Assembly: GCA_030653355.1 (NCBI GenBank)
Contig: JAURZN010000206.1
Coordinates: 6,137 to 70,136, forward strand
Direction of reading: 5' to 3'
Source of the DNA: Gallionella sp.
GTDB taxonomy: Bacteria; Pseudomonadota; Gammaproteobacteria; Burkholderiales; Gallionellaceae
Length of the DNA: 64,000 nt
Shown here: one piece after another, positions 43,640 through 55,144 of the stretch
Numbering within the stretch: position 1 is the first letter of the stretch
Layout of the letters: the number at the start of each line of letters is the position of its first letter
The notes under the pieces: model-generated
What the model saw: only the letters and a program-made list of their open reading frames with translations
Told to the model about the DNA's origin: nothing
Databases searched by the model: none
Program-made: the position numbers and the translations under genes

Positions 43640-45039
43640 ACACCCCCCCCTCACCCCAACCCTCTGGTGGAATAACTAGCCAATCCACTAAGCCAGCAAG
43701 CTGGCAAGTGGCTGGTTATCCCGCAAACGGGCGAGGGCGCGATCGTGAAAATCAATCTATAAATACTGCCGTCATCGGCGGTGGCTATGCAGGCATGGCG
43801 GCCGCTGTCGCGCTTAGCGAAAGAGGCATTCCCGTCACAGTGTTCGAGAGCGCCAGACAACTGGGTGGTCGCGCGCGCGGCGTGCCGCATCAAAAGACAC
43901 AACTGGACAACGGACAGCATCTGCTGCTGGGCTGCTATCGGGACACGCTGGCACTGATTGAAAAGGTCGGCGGCGACATCGAAGCCGATTTCCTGCGTCT
44001 GCCGCTGCAACTCGATCTGCACGGACATTTTTCGCTGCAAGCGCCCCGACTGCCCGCGCCGCTGCACCTTTTGGTCGCACTGATGAGCGCGCAAGGTCTG
44101 TCCTGGTCGGACCGCCTCAGCGCGGCGCGCTTCATGCTCACGCTGCGCCAGATACATTTCCGTATCGCCACCGACATGACGGTTTCGGAACTGCTCAGAC
44201 TGCACGGCCAGAGCAGCATGCTGATACAAAAACTCTGGGAACCGCTGTGCATCGCGGCGCTGAACACCCCGGTGCATATCGCTTCCGCACAAGTCATGCT
44301 CAACGTGCTGCGCGATGCGCTGAATAAAACGCGTGCCGACAGCGACATGCTGCTGCCGCGCATTGATTTCACCGCACTGTTTCCGCAACGTGCCGCGAAT
44401 TATGTAAGAAAGCACGGTGGTCATGTGCTTACCTCATGTGGCGTGGATGATTTGCAGCTGCATGATTACAACATCGAGATCAGCACTAAGCGTGGCAGCC
44501 TGTTTTTCAGTCACGTCATCTGCGCCACACCGCCCGTCACAACCGCCAGATTGCTACGCAACCTTGATCAACTCGCCCCCGTTGTCGCGCAAATCGATGC
44601 GCTCCAGCATCAGCCTATTTACACCGTCTATCTGCAATATCCGGCTCACGTAAAACTTTCTCATCCTATGCTGGGACTGCATCAGCGCTACAGTCAATGG
44701 TTGTTCGACAAGGGACGAATCGCCGGACAACACGGCCTGATCGCTGCTGTAATCAGCGCGGAAGGCCTGCATCAGGCGTTATCCCACGACGAATTGGCTC
44801 AAAAAGTAATGGTCGAACTTGACGAAGAATTCGGCATCATCGACAGCCCGCAGTGGGTCAAAGTCATCGCCGAAAAACGCGCCACATTCGCCTGCACCCC
44901 CGCCTTGCAGCGCCCCGCCCAGCAAACCGCCCTGCCCCGCATACTGCTTGCAGGCGATTACACTGCGGGCGACTACCCCGCCACACTGGAGGGCGCGGTG
45001 CAAAGCGGGCTGCGTTGCGCGGAACAACTGACTGAATAG
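43624..45039 (+). CDS. hpnE: Hydroxysqualene dehydroxylase HpnE with repeat-derived N-terminal insert
   Basis: GGGYAG, LGGRAR, DNGQH, LAGDY..PATLEGAVQSG; TTG start overlapping hpnD. Confidence 0.9.
   Translation: MDQELNTPPSPQPSGGITSQSTKPASWQVAGYPANGRGRDRENQSINTAVIGGGYAGMAAAVALSERGIPVTVFESARQLGGRARGVPHQKTQLDNGQHLLLGCYRDTLALIEKVGGDIEADFLRLPLQLDLHGHFSLQAPRLPAPLHLLVALMSAQGLSWSDRLSAARFMLTLRQIHFRIATDMTVSELLRLHGQSSMLIQKLWEPLCIAALNTPVHIASAQVMLNVLRDALNKTRADSDMLLPRIDFTALFPQRAANYVRKHGGHVLTSCGVDDLQLHDYNIEISTKRGSLFFSHVICATPPVTTARLLRNLDQLAPVVAQIDALQHQPIYTVYLQYPAHVKLSHPMLGLHQRYSQWLFDKGRIAGQHGLIAAVISAEGLHQALSHDELAQKVMVELDEEFGIIDSPQWVKVIAEKRATFACTPALQRPAQQTALPRILLAGDYTAGDYPATLEGAVQSGLRCAEQLTE
43648..43737 (+). 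repeat. REP-like palindrome with 54-bp hairpin insert (43665-43718)
   Basis: CCCTCACCCCAACCCTC[insert]TCCCGCAAACGGGCGAGGG; homologous to 50851-50943. Confidence 0.8.
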
Positions 45040-45139
45040 CAATGCGTATCAGCATGCAGCCGCCAAGGCCATCCTAAATTGCGCCGGGCATGTCATTCAT
45101 GACACAATTACATACCTAAAATAAAACCCATCGAGCATT

Positions 45140-46672
45140 ATGACAACCGAATCCATCACACCCGTTCCCGAAAAGCTTATGGCCGTGCACCCGCAAGACG
45201 AAAATCAGATCATCACCGAGCGCCGCAACAAGCTGGCTGCCATCCGCAAAGCTGGGATCGCCTTCCCCAACGACTTCGACCGCACGCATCTGGCGGGCGA
45301 TCTGCTCGCCAGTTTCGGCGAAATGAATCACGACCAACTGGAAGCCGAACAGATTCATGTCGCGGTGGGCGGGCGCATGATGCTCAAGCGCGTGATGGGC
45401 AAGGCGAGTTTTGCCACCCTGCAGGATATGAGCGGACGCATCCAGATTTACATCAGCAACGGCGACAGCGGCGAAGCGGTGCATGACGCATTCAAACACT
45501 ACGACCTGGGCGACATCCTCGGCGCAGTCGGCGTGCTGTTCAAAACCAAGACTGGTGAGCTTTCCGTGCGCGTATCGCACGTACGTCTGCTGACCAAGTC
45601 GCTGCGTCCGCTGCCCGAAAAATTTCACGGCCTGTCCGATCAGGAACAGAAATACCGCCAGCGCTATCTGGATCTGATCACCAACGAAGAGGCACGCCGT
45701 GTATTCATGACGCGCACCAAAATCATTCAGGCGATACGTGATTTCTTTATCCGCCACGACTATCTGGAAGTGGAAACACCGATGATGCACTCGATACCGG
45801 GCGGCGCATCAGCCAAACCGTTCGAGACGCATCACAACGCGCTGGACATGAAAATGTATCTGCGCATCGCGCCGGAGCTGTACCTCAAGCGTCTGGTGGT
45901 AGGCGGATTCGAGAAAGTATTCGAGATCAACCGCAATTTCCGCAATGAGGGGCTTTCCACGCGCCACAATCCGGAATTCACCATGCTGGAATTTTACGAA
46001 GCGTATCGCGATTACAAGTACCTGATGGATTTCACGGAAAAGCTGTTGCGCGAAGTGGCGCAGAAAGTGCTGGGCACTACGCTGATCAGCTATCAGGGCA
46101 AGGAGCTGGATCTGGGCAAACCCTTCCACCGGCTGACCATGGTGCAGGCTATTCAGAAATACCATCCGCAGTTCAGCACCGAACAGCTCAATGACCGCGA
46201 CTTCGTGGTTGCCGAACTGATAGACCTGAAAGCCAAATACAAACCGGAAGACGGTCTGGGCGGTCTGCAATTGTCACTGTTCGAAGAGTTGGCAGAAACA
46301 CAATTATTTGAACCTACCTTCATCATCGATTACCCAGTGGAAGTCTCACCGCTGGCGCGCAGCAGCGATGCCAATCCGGAAATTACCGAGCGTTTCGAGC
46401 TGTTCGTGCTGGGACGCGAGCTGGCTAATGGCTTCTCGGAATTGAACGACGCGGAAGACCAGGAAGCACGCTTCGATGCGCAGGTGCTCGCCAAGGAAGC
46501 CGGCGACGAAGAAGCAATGTTCAAGGACAGTGACTACGTGCGTGCGCTGGAATACGGCCTGCCGCCGACCGCAGGGGAAGGCATAGGCATAGATCGATTG
46601 ATCATGATGCTTACCGACAGCGCCAGCATCCGGGATGTCATCCTGTTTCCGCAGATGCGCCCCGAAGCTTGA
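45140..46672 (+). CDS. lysS: Lysine-tRNA ligase
   Basis: [35 protein letters not shown]. Confidence 0.98.
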   Translation: MTTESITPVPEKLMAVHPQDENQIITERRNKLAAIRKAGIAFPNDFDRTHLAGDLLASFGEMNHDQLEAEQIHVAVGGRMMLKRVMGKASFATLQDMSGRIQIYISNGDSGEAVHDAFKHYDLGDILGAVGVLFKTKTGELSVRVSHVRLLTKSLRPLPEKFHGLSDQEQKYRQRYLDLITNEEARRVFMTRTKIIQAIRDFFIRHDYLEVETPMMHSIPGGASAKPFETHHNALDMKMYLRIAPELYLKRLVVGGFEKVFEINRNFRNEGLSTRHNPEFTMLEFYEAYRDYKYLMDFTEKLLREVAQKVLGTTLISYQGKELDLGKPFHRLTMVQAIQKYHPQFSTEQLNDRDFVVAELIDLKAKYKPEDGLGGLQLSLFEELAETQLFEPTFIIDYPVEVSPLARSSDANPEITERFELFVLGRELANGFSELNDAEDQEARFDAQVLAKEAGDEEAMFKDSDYVRALEYGLPPTAGEGIGIDRLIMMLTDSASIRDVILFPQMRPEA

Positions 46673-46742
46673 TAAAACCGTTTATATTCAAAATAAAATA
46701 CTGCCCATACATGGACAAATGTTTGTTCCTGGGATACTCAAT

Positions 46743-47408
46743 ATGCTAAATAGTGACACGCGTTCCCGTATCTTGCAGCTCTACCCGATGCTGCAGGAAT
46801 TGCCGGCAGCTGAGCTGGAAGACATGCTTGCAACGGCCAGGCTGCTGCCTATACCGGCCGGCACGATCATGTTCGACGAGAACCAGCCCTGCCAGGGATT
46901 TCCACTGCTGTTATCCGGCAGCCTGCGTGTCATCAAGTCCGCCGCGAACGGGCGCGAACTGCAACTGTATCGCGTTGTGCCGGGGGAAAGCTGCATCCTC
47001 ACCAGCAGCTGTTTGCTCGGCAGCACCCGCTATCAGGCGCGCGGCATCGTCGAACAACCCATTGAAATGATATTTCTGCCTGCGGCTGTTTTTCATGCCT
47101 TACTTAGCAAACACGCCGCATTCCGCGGTTATGTGTTCCAGCTTTTCACCGAACGGCTCACCGATCTGATGGAACTGATCTCGGCGGTGGCCTTTCAGAA
47201 GCTTGACCAGCGCCTGGCCGCCCTGTTAATCAGCAAACCCAACCCGTTACACGCCACCCATCAGGCACTCGCCGATGAACTAGGCTCAGCCCGCGAGATC
47301 GTCAGCCGATTGCTCAAGGGTTTTTCCGAACAGGGCTGGGTCAAACTGGGCCGCGAACAAATCACCCTCACCGACATACCCGCACTCAAGAAATTTGCCG
47401 CACTTTAG
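46743..47408 (+). CDS. Crp/Fnr family transcriptional regulator
   Basis: cNMP-type domain (GRELQLY..PGESC), HTH THQALADELGSAREIVSRLL. Confidence 0.9.
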   Translation: MLNSDTRSRILQLYPMLQELPAAELEDMLATARLLPIPAGTIMFDENQPCQGFPLLLSGSLRVIKSAANGRELQLYRVVPGESCILTSSCLLGSTRYQARGIVEQPIEMIFLPAAVFHALLSKHAAFRGYVFQLFTERLTDLMELISAVAFQKLDQRLAALLISKPNPLHATHQALADELGSAREIVSRLLKGFSEQGWVKLGREQITLTDIPALKKFAAL

Positions 47409-47494
47409 TCTGAAATGGATGGGTTGCTAAAAACTGCAACCATCATGCACAGCCAGTCAGCACAACTGGCCATACCTGAATCGCTACGGGATTG

Positions 47495-48904
47495 CTATTG
47501 CTTGCCGTACAGTTTGCGTCCGCGAATCCGGGCGCGGTGCGCGGCGCGTTGTTCGGCTTCGGTCAAGGGCCTGGGCTTCTTGCCTTCAAACGGATTCTTG
47601 CTCGAATTGTACTGGATCTTCATCGGCGTGCCCTGCAGCTTGAAAATCTCGGCGAATGAACGTTCCAGATAACGCGTATAGCTGGCTGGGATATTGTCCA
47701 GGCCGCTGCCGTGAATCACGATCAGCGGCGGGTTGCTGCCGCCCTGATGGGCGTAGCGCATCTTGGGCAGGAAACGGCCGACCTTGGGTGGCGCCTGTTT
47801 TTCAATCGCGCCGATCAGCGCACGGGTCAGTTTGGGCGTGGACAATTTCGCCATCGCCGCCTCATACGCTGCATCCACTGACTTCAACACGTCGATGATG
47901 CCGCTGCCATTCAGTGCAGAAATGTAATGGCGCTTGGCAAAACCCAGAAAATGCAGTTTGCGCTCAATATCGCTCTTGACCATCTCGCGCTGATGCGCAT
48001 CCAGGCCATCCCACTTGTTCACCGCCAGCACCAGCGCCCGGCCGGCCTGCAACACGAAGTCTGCAACGTGCGCGTCCTGTTCGGTAATCTGGTCACGCGC
48101 ATCGACTACCAGCACAACCACATTGGCGTCTTCAATAGCCTGCATGGTCTTGATGACAGAGAATTTCTCGATGGCTTCTTCGACTTTGCCACGGCGGCGC
48201 ACGCCGGCGGTGTCTATGATGGTGTACTGTTTTCCATCACGTTCGAAATCGATGTAGATGCTGTCACGCGTGGTGCCGGGCTGGTCGAATGCAATCACCC
48301 GCTGTTCACCCAGGATAGCGTTCACCAGCGTGGATTTCCCGACATTCGGGCGTCCGACGATGGCCAGTTTGGGCGGCTTGTCATGCTGGACTTCTTCCTC
48401 TTCAATCTCGTCTGGGAAGTTCTCCATCGCGATTTCAACCACTTCAACGACATTGTCGCCATGTGCCGAGGAAATCGGGTACGGCTCTCCCAGCCCCAGT
48501 TCGAAAAATTCAGCCGTAACGCGCGCGCGCGCCATACCTTCGGCCTTGTTGACCAGCAACAGAATCGGCTTGCCGGTCTTGCGCAACTGGGTGGCAATAA
48601 TCAGATCCTGCGGCGTGCAGCCCGCCCGACCATCCACCAGAAACAGCACGATGTCGGCCTCATCCACGGCCTGTCGGCTTTGTCTGGCCATTTCATACAT
48701 GATGCCGTCTTTGGCGACAGGCTCCAGACCGCCGGTATCGACAACCAGATAGGGACGCTCTCCTACCCGCCCCCGTCCGTAATGGCGATCACGGGTAAGC
48801 CCGGGCTGATCCGCGACCAGAGCATCTCGGCTGCGTGTGAGACGATTGAACAAAGTGGACTTACCCACATTCGGACGACCAACTAATACAAGTGTGGGTA
48901 ACAT
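47495..48904 (-). CDS. der: Ribosome biogenesis GTPase Der
   Basis: Two GRPNVGKST GTPase domains. Confidence 0.98.
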   Translation of the reverse strand: MLPTLVLVGRPNVGKSTLFNRLTRSRDALVADQPGLTRDRHYGRGRVGERPYLVVDTGGLEPVAKDGIMYEMARQSRQAVDEADIVLFLVDGRAGCTPQDLIIATQLRKTGKPILLLVNKAEGMARARVTAEFFELGLGEPYPISSAHGDNVVEVVEIAMENFPDEIEEEEVQHDKPPKLAIVGRPNVGKSTLVNAILGEQRVIAFDQPGTTRDSIYIDFERDGKQYTIIDTAGVRRRGKVEEAIEKFSVIKTMQAIEDANVVVLVVDARDQITEQDAHVADFVLQAGRALVLAVNKWDGLDAHQREMVKSDIERKLHFLGFAKRHYISALNGSGIIDVLKSVDAAYEAAMAKLSTPKLTRALIGAIEKQAPPKVGRFLPKMRYAHQGGSNPPLIVIHGSGLDNIPASYTRYLERSFAEIFKLQGTPMKIQYNSSKNPFEGKKPRPLTEAEQRAAHRARIRGRKLYGKQ

Positions 48905-48925
48905 TTTGAAAACCTTTAATAAAAA

Positions 48926-49011
48926 GTGAAGGGTAAAGGGGGAAGGGTACGCACCTTCGGTGCTTAAGAGGGAAGAGCCAACCCTTCTCCCTTCTCCCTT
49001 CCCTCTTCCCC
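48926..49011. repeat. Inverted purine/pyrimidine 7-mer repeat cassette with central hairpin
   Basis: GTGAAGG GTAAAGG GGGAAGG ... GCACCTTCGGTGC ... CCCTTCT CCCTTCT CCCTTCC. Confidence 0.6.
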
Positions 49012-50157
49012 TTATTTAATCGTCAGAGAATAGATTCCGCCGCCTTGCGTTTGCACCAGCAGCCCGTCATCCATCTGCATGGGTGCAGCCTGAATGGCAC
49101 TACCGTTCAATTTGATACGCGCTACGAAGCGGCCATCCTCACGGCTCATGCCATGCAGGAAACCTTGATAATCGCCGACTATCACGAACTCATCCTGCGC
49201 ATAAGGCGCAGAGACATCACGACGCAGCAACTGGTCGTTCTTCCACACCGTACTGCCGCTATCCTTATCCAGCGCGATTACAGCGCCCCCGGCATCACTG
49301 GCGTAGAGATGTTTGCGCAAAATAAACAAGCCCTTGTCGCTGTCGATGTTGCGACTCCACAAAGGGCTGCCTTGCACGGCATCGTAACAGGCCAGATTCC
49401 CCTGGAACGCGATTGCGCACACTTGCGCATCGCTGACCACCGGATTACTGGTAATGTCGCTGATGCGTTCCAGTTCAGTATTACCGCGCGGTTGCGACAC
49501 CGAGTTTTCCCACAATAGCGATCCATCTGTCAGTTTGATGGCACTCAGTTTGCCACCGGCAAACCCGGCAAAGGCCACACCGCGCCGTATCGTAACACTT
49601 GCATGACTACGCACTACCAGAGCAGGTGTGCTGCGTTCATAAACCCACAGACGCTTGCCGTCGGCCACATTCAGACCGGCAACATGACCATCGCCGCTGC
49701 GCACGATGACCACGCCTTCGGCCACTTGCGGCACACCCAGCACTTCGCTGGAAACCTTGCTGCTCCAGCGCAACTTGCCGTCCTCACCGTAGGCCTGCAC
49801 TTCACCCTTATCACTGCCTATCAGTACCAGTCCCTCGCCGCGACCCACGCCAGCTGAACCGCGGATGTTGCTTTCTATACGCCAGACCTGTTTGCCCGTC
49901 GCACGATCCAGCCGCGTCAACGTACCTTTAGCAGATGCGCCATAGACCGCATCGCGTGTCAGCGAGGCCTGCAAGGGATTCGCTCCCGGATCGCCGAAAT
50001 CACCATGCCAACGCTCCACAAATTTAGCTGTCTCGCCAAATTCAACCAGCTTGGCCGGTTCCTGTCCGGTTGGCGATCCCACCCAGCCTCTGACCGTATC
50101 CATGGTGCCGCAGCCACTCAAAACCAGCAGTGCCAACAGTATTCCTGATTTCTTCAT
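49012..50157 (-). CDS. bamB: Outer membrane protein assembly factor BamB
   Basis: LSGC lipobox, PQQ-type propeller repeats, position in hisS-yfgM-bamB-der. Confidence 0.93.
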   Translation of the reverse strand: MKKSGILLALLVLSGCGTMDTVRGWVGSPTGQEPAKLVEFGETAKFVERWHGDFGDPGANPLQASLTRDAVYGASAKGTLTRLDRATGKQVWRIESNIRGSAGVGRGEGLVLIGSDKGEVQAYGEDGKLRWSSKVSSEVLGVPQVAEGVVIVRSGDGHVAGLNVADGKRLWVYERSTPALVVRSHASVTIRRGVAFAGFAGGKLSAIKLTDGSLLWENSVSQPRGNTELERISDITSNPVVSDAQVCAIAFQGNLACYDAVQGSPLWSRNIDSDKGLFILRKHLYASDAGGAVIALDKDSGSTVWKNDQLLRRDVSAPYAQDEFVIVGDYQGFLHGMSREDGRFVARIKLNGSAIQAAPMQMDDGLLVQTQGGGIYSLTIK

Positions 50158-50792
50158 TTAGTTGCTCCAAAGGTATCCAGCTTCATCTGAACCAGATTGC
50201 GGTAGGCGCTCTTTGTGTCGAGTTTCTCGTAAGCCAGCTGGTAGGCCGCCTTAGCTTCTTCCGGCTTTCCCTGCGCGTTCAAAACGTCGCCCTTCAGGTC
50301 GGCATACAAACCATCAAAGGAAGCCGGGTGTTCGGTTTCCAGCAGTTTCAGCGCAGCGGCGTAATCCTTTTCATCCAGCAACAGCGATGCCATACGCAGG
50401 CTGGCTACACTTTTCAGGCCGTCTTCCTTCGCATGTTCGATTACCCATTGCAATTGTGACTTGGCGCGCAGGGCGTCCTTGCCGAACTCATTCACCTGCG
50501 CCGCAATCAAGGCTGCACGCGAGGCATACGGCGTAGCCGCATATTTATCCATCACCGCCGCTGCGGCATCGTTGACACGCTTGGCATCATTGCTGGCCAG
50601 TTGTTCGACGAATTGCTGATACAGAAGCGCCGCCTCGCTGGTCTGCTTGTTCTGGTAATACTGCCAGCCGCGCGAGCCGCCCATTGCAACCGCAACGATC
50701 AACAGCGTAGCCAATATCCAGTTGGCATTGTCCTTCCACCATGCTTTCAGCGTTTCAAGTTGTTCCTGTTCCTGCAAATCCAAAGCTGCCAT
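50154..50792 (-). CDS. yfgM: YfgM TPR-like ancillary SecYEG subunit
   Basis: EQEQLETLKAWWK, TM, DLKGD; synteny. Confidence 0.9.
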   Translation of the reverse strand: MAALDLQEQEQLETLKAWWKDNANWILATLLIVAVAMGGSRGWQYYQNKQTSEAALLYQQFVEQLASNDAKRVNDAAAAVMDKYAATPYASRAALIAAQVNEFGKDALRAKSQLQWVIEHAKEDGLKSVASLRMASLLLDEKDYAAALKLLETEHPASFDGLYADLKGDVLNAQGKPEEAKAAYQLAYEKLDTKSAYRNLVQMKLDTFGATK

Positions 50793-50850
50793 GTTCTACT
50801 CCTGCTTGATAAGTTCAAAATTATTTAATTCGCGTAGCGATTCGTTCGCC

Positions 50851-50943
50851 CCCTCGCCCGCTTGCGGGATAACCAGCGACTTGCACGGCTTTATCGTGCT
50901 TAGTCGAATGGCTAGTTGTTTCACCAGAGGGTTGAGGAGAGGG
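50851..50943 (-). repeat. REP-like palindrome with 57-bp hairpin insert (50870-50926)
   Basis: Reverse complement: CCCTCTCCTCAACCCTC[insert]TCCCGCAAGCGGGCGAGGG. Confidence 0.8.
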
Positions 50944-50962
50944 AAACGGGCATTGCGGGTCA

Positions 50963-52237
50963 TCATTTGCAATACCCGTTAATCGTTAAGGTGAGTTCAT
51001 CCACGCTCACTTTCACCTGCTCGCCGCCCTGCATAGGCTTGACACTGACCTCGTTCGCCCGCGCTTCGTCATCTCCGATTAGCAGTGCCACGCGTGCGCC
51101 ACTGCTATCCGCTTTTTTCATTTGCGACTTGAAACTGCCGCCACCGCAATGCAGCAGTACGCGCAACCCGCTGTCACGCAATTGTTCTGCCACTTTACTG
51201 GCAAGCTGGCCGGCCAGTTCGCCCTGATGTACCACATACACATCCACTTTCGATCTGGGCAATGCCATGCCGCCATCTTGCAGCAATACCAGCAGACGCT
51301 CCACCCCCATCGCAAAGCCCATCGCGGGTGCAGGCTTGCCACCGATCTGTTCGATCAGCCCGTCATAACGGCCACCTGCGCATATCGTGCCCTGCGCGCC
51401 CAGACGCGTGGTCACCCATTCGAACACAGTGCGGTTGTAGTAATCCAGCCCGCGTACCAGACGCGTGTTGATCTCGAACGCCACATCATGCTGTCTGAGT
51501 ATCGCCTGCAGCGCCGCAAAATGCGACAGCGCCTCTTCATTCAGTTCGTCCATCAATTTAGGCGCAGCCTCAATCAGCGCCTGCATCGCCGGGTTCTTGC
51601 TGTCCAGAATGCGCAGCGGGGTGCTGTGCAGACGACGCGTCGCTTCGGCATCCAGCGACTCACTATGCTGTTCAAAATACGTAATCAGCTTGGCGCGGTG
51701 ACGGTGACGGCAAGCGGAATCGCCCAGCGTATTCAATTGTAGCGTGACATCCGTCAGCCCCAGTTTTTTCCACAACCGCGCGCACATCAGAATCTGTTCG
51801 GCGTCCACGTCCGGGCCGGCAAAACCCAGCGCCTCCACACCGACTTGATGAAACTGGCGGTAGCGGCCTTTTTGCGGACGCTCGTGGCGGTACATTTGTC
51901 CGCTGTAATACAAACGCTGCGGCGCGTTATAAAGCAAATTGTGCTGCAACACCGCGCGCACGCAGGATGCCGTCCCTTCAGGGCGCAGCGTCAACTGATC
52001 GCCGTTCAGACGATCTTCAAAGCTGTACATCTCTTTTTCCACGATGTCGGTGACTTCACCGATCGCCCGCTTGAACAGCGCAGTCGGTTCAACCAGCGGC
52101 ATGCGGATATTGCGGTAGCCGTAACTGGCCAGCCAGTCGCGTACCACTTCTTCAAACCATAACCAGAGTTCCGCCTCGTCCGGCAGAATATCGTTCATGC
52201 CTTTTACGGCTTGTAGTGTTTCGTTGCTCATATTCAA
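50963..52237 (-). CDS. hisS: Histidine-tRNA ligase
   Basis: [32 protein letters not shown]. Confidence 0.98.
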   Translation of the reverse strand: MNMSNETLQAVKGMNDILPDEAELWLWFEEVVRDWLASYGYRNIRMPLVEPTALFKRAIGEVTDIVEKEMYSFEDRLNGDQLTLRPEGTASCVRAVLQHNLLYNAPQRLYYSGQMYRHERPQKGRYRQFHQVGVEALGFAGPDVDAEQILMCARLWKKLGLTDVTLQLNTLGDSACRHRHRAKLITYFEQHSESLDAEATRRLHSTPLRILDSKNPAMQALIEAAPKLMDELNEEALSHFAALQAILRQHDVAFEINTRLVRGLDYYNRTVFEWVTTRLGAQGTICAGGRYDGLIEQIGGKPAPAMGFAMGVERLLVLLQDGGMALPRSKVDVYVVHQGELAGQLASKVAEQLRDSGLRVLLHCGGGSFKSQMKKADSSGARVALLIGDDEARANEVSVKPMQGGEQVKVSVDELTLTINGYCK

Positions 52238-52240
52238 TCC

Positions 52241-52302
52241 TGGTGAGTGGTCAGTTGGAAGTGGGAAAACCCGACTTTCTACTCCCCACTTACCACTCCC
52301 CG
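52241..52302. repeat. Inverted 7-mer repeat cassette overlapping the ispG 3' end
   Basis: TGGTGAG TGGTCAG TTGGAAG TGGGA ... CTACTCCCCACTTACCACTCCCC. Confidence 0.55.
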
Positions 52303-53517
52303 CTTTACATATTTTCTTGCCACATAATCGTCCACGATGCCGGTGAATTCCGCCGCGATGTTGTCGCCACGCAGGGTCATCGCCTTCTGGCCGTCGATAT
52401 AGACCGGCGCGGCGGGGGTTTCGCCGGTGCCGGGCAAACTGATGCCGATGTTCGCCAACTTGCTCTCACCCGGCCCGTTCACCACGCAGCCCATCACCGC
52501 AACCGTCATATTTTCCACACCGTCATACTGTTCGCGCCAGATGGGCATCTGCGCACGCAAATGACGCTGTATGCTTTGTGCCAATTCCTGAAAGAAACTG
52601 CTGGTGGTGCGGCCACATCCCGGACAGGCCGTCACCATGGGCGCAAATGCACGCAAGCCCATGGTTTGCAATATTTCCTGACCCACCAGCACTTCCTGTG
52701 TGCGATCACCACCCGGTTCCGGGGTCAGCGAGATGCGTATGGTGTCGCCTATCCCTTGCTGCAACAGCACTGCCAACGCGGCAGTAGAGGCGACTATCCC
52801 CTTGGAGCCCATGCCCGCCTCGGTCAACCCCAGATGCAGTGCGTAGTCGCATTGCTGTGTCAGGGCGCGATAAACAGCGATCAAATCCTGTACTTCACTG
52901 ACTTTACAGGACAACACAATGCGGTTATGCGGCAGACCTAGTTGTTCGGCGCGTTGCGCACTCTCCAGCGCGGAGGCGATCAGCGCGGCACGGGTGACCT
53001 CTTTTACATCCTTGGGTTCGGGCAGCCTGGCATTCTCGTCCATCATGCGCACCACCAACTTCTGGTCCAGACTGCCCCAGTTCACGCCTATGCGTACCGC
53101 TTTGTCATAACGAATCGCAGTCTGAATCATAATCGTGAAGGGATCGTCCTCTTCACGATTACGCCCGACGTTGCCGGGATTGATGCGGTATTTCGCCAGT
53201 GCATGCGCGCAATCCGGGTAGTCCGTCAATAAACGATGACCGTTGTAATGAAAATCACCCACCAGCGGCACATGACAACCCAATTCATCGAGCTGCCTGC
53301 GTATGTTGGCCACCTGCGCGGCAGCCTCGGGAGTATTGACCGTAATACGCACCAGTTCCGAACCCGCCTTGGCCAGTTCAAAAACCTGTTTGGTAGTGGC
53401 ATCTGCATCCGCAGTATCGGTATTGGTCATGGATTGAACCACGACAGGCGCGCCGCCACCCAGCATCACTTTTCCTACCAACACCCGTTGCGACGGGCGA
53501 CGTTTAATCATATCCAC
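52279..53517 (-). CDS. ispG: HMBPP synthase IspG
   Basis: [30 protein letters not shown]. Confidence 0.97.
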   Translation of the reverse strand: MDMIKRRPSQRVLVGKVMLGGGAPVVVQSMTNTDTADADATTKQVFELAKAGSELVRITVNTPEAAAQVANIRRQLDELGCHVPLVGDFHYNGHRLLTDYPDCAHALAKYRINPGNVGRNREEDDPFTIMIQTAIRYDKAVRIGVNWGSLDQKLVVRMMDENARLPEPKDVKEVTRAALIASALESAQRAEQLGLPHNRIVLSCKVSEVQDLIAVYRALTQQCDYALHLGLTEAGMGSKGIVASTAALAVLLQQGIGDTIRISLTPEPGGDRTQEVLVGQEILQTMGLRAFAPMVTACPGCGRTTSSFFQELAQSIQRHLRAQMPIWREQYDGVENMTVAVMGCVVNGPGESKLANIGISLPGTGETPAAPVYIDGQKAMTLRGDNIAAEFTGIVDDYVARKYVKRGVVSGE

Positions 53518-53519
53518 TC

Positions 53520-54395
53520 TTACTCCAGCGTCAAACGCGCGACATCACTGCTGGCATTGATATAGGACGACAGATCTACAGGTTTGTCCCGCAAATACAA
53601 GCGCACAGCGGTTGCATGACCGATCACCATTTCAAACGGCGCGATACCTTCCAAACGCAATTCGCTGCCAGGCGGATTAACCTGCCTGGACAATGTTCTG
53701 CCCGTTTTATCCCTGATTTCCGCCCAGGATTCCCTGTCGAATACCAGACGCAACGTCGTTACCGATTGAGTCACCGGTGTGCTAACCGCTGCCGCCAGCG
53801 GCAATTGCGCCGCTACATCGGGAACAGCTGATTCGGGCACGACCGAACCTTCCATCATCTCTACCTGCTCAGACAAAGGCAGCGACATTTCAACCAGCGT
53901 CTCATCCGCCACCTCCTGAGTCTGCTGCTCTTCTGCAACCGGTTCGGGTGTATTAGCCTGCCACACTGCGAATCCGGCTATCGCAAGCACAACCAGAAAT
54001 GCGGCAATCAGCAAATTCAAACTCTGCCGGCGCATCGTCCGTGCTGTCGGAAAGGGCGCTTCAACATGAAGCGGATCCTCTTTTACCTGCACAGTTTTAG
54101 CGCCCGGCAAGGCATCCAGCAGCGGTTGCGCGTCCATATCCAGCAACTTGGCATAACTGCGCACAAAGCCGCGCACAAAAGCGGTCTCAGGCAGCGCCTG
54201 AAAATCATCGGCCTCCAGCGCCTCGATTTGACGTGATGCAAGCTTGATCTTGCCAACCACTTCCTCCACGCTCAGACCCGCACTTTCACGGCCTGCGCGC
54301 AGCAACTGTCCTACCGACAAGGCTTGTGGCGCGCTATCGCCCGGCGGGGCATCCACGCTATCGACCGGTTTATTCTCTTGTAACTGTTCCATCAT
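53520..54395 (-). CDS. rodZ: Cytoskeleton protein RodZ
   Basis: N-terminal HTH ([11 protein letters not shown]), TM, C-terminal DUF4115-like domain. Confidence 0.9.
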   Translation of the reverse strand: MMEQLQENKPVDSVDAPPGDSAPQALSVGQLLRAGRESAGLSVEEVVGKIKLASRQIEALEADDFQALPETAFVRGFVRSYAKLLDMDAQPLLDALPGAKTVQVKEDPLHVEAPFPTARTMRRQSLNLLIAAFLVVLAIAGFAVWQANTPEPVAEEQQTQEVADETLVEMSLPLSEQVEMMEGSVVPESAVPDVAAQLPLAAAVSTPVTQSVTTLRLVFDRESWAEIRDKTGRTLSRQVNPPGSELRLEGIAPFEMVIGHATAVRLYLRDKPVDLSSYINASSDVARLTLE

Positions 54396-55144
54396 TCACC
54401 CTGCATCAGCAATTGAGTTTCACGGGCATCAGGATAACGCTGGCGCAACTGCAGGGCATAACTCGCCTCTGCATTGCTGTCACCGACCCTGCGCTCTATA
54501 CGTACGGCCAGCCAGAGCTGTCCAGCCGACAAGTTGTTATTCTTTTGCACATAACTGGTAAAATATTTCTTCGCGGCAAGGTAATCGCCCTCGGCAAACT
54601 TCAGCTCCGCCAGCGCCTGCAAAGCCTGTAGCAAATCCGGCTGCAACTGCAAGGCGCGCTGCAAAAATTCCTCGGCATCGCTATTGTTTCCCGCCTTTTT
54701 CGAGCACAGCCCGGCGTTCAGATAAGCACGCTCCGGCGTGGCATACAAAGGATTCTTAACGGCAGCCATAAATTGCGGGATGGATTCCCGTTCCTTGCCG
54801 CGCTGACACAAGAACCAGCCGTAATTGTTATGCGTTTCGGACTCGGTTTTGTCCAGACGCAGGCTTTGCTGAAAATCCTCTTCAGCCGCCTTGTCCTCGC
54901 GCAGCGCCATATTGATCAAACCGCGCACGCTATAAGCCGGTGCGTAATTACGATCCGCCTGCAAGGCCAAATCAATCTCGGACAACGCAACCCCCATCTG
55001 GTTACGCTCAAAATATAAACCCGCCAGTTCGGTATGAATTCTGGCATTGGCACGGGATTTTTCCTGTTCCTGCTGTGCGGTCGAATTACCACTCGTGGCA
55101 CAACCGGCCAGCAACAAAAACAGCAAAGCAAAAACATAATTCAT
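54392..55144 (-). CDS. pilW: Type IV pilus pilotin PilW/PilF
   Basis: LAGC lipobox, TPRs, NNYGWFLC; synteny. Confidence 0.92.
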   Translation of the reverse strand: MNYVFALLFLLLAGCATSGNSTAQQEQEKSRANARIHTELAGLYFERNQMGVALSEIDLALQADRNYAPAYSVRGLINMALREDKAAEEDFQQSLRLDKTESETHNNYGWFLCQRGKERESIPQFMAAVKNPLYATPERAYLNAGLCSKKAGNNSDAEEFLQRALQLQPDLLQALQALAELKFAEGDYLAAKKYFTSYVQKNNNLSAGQLWLAVRIERRVGDSNAEASYALQLRQRYPDARETQLLMQGE

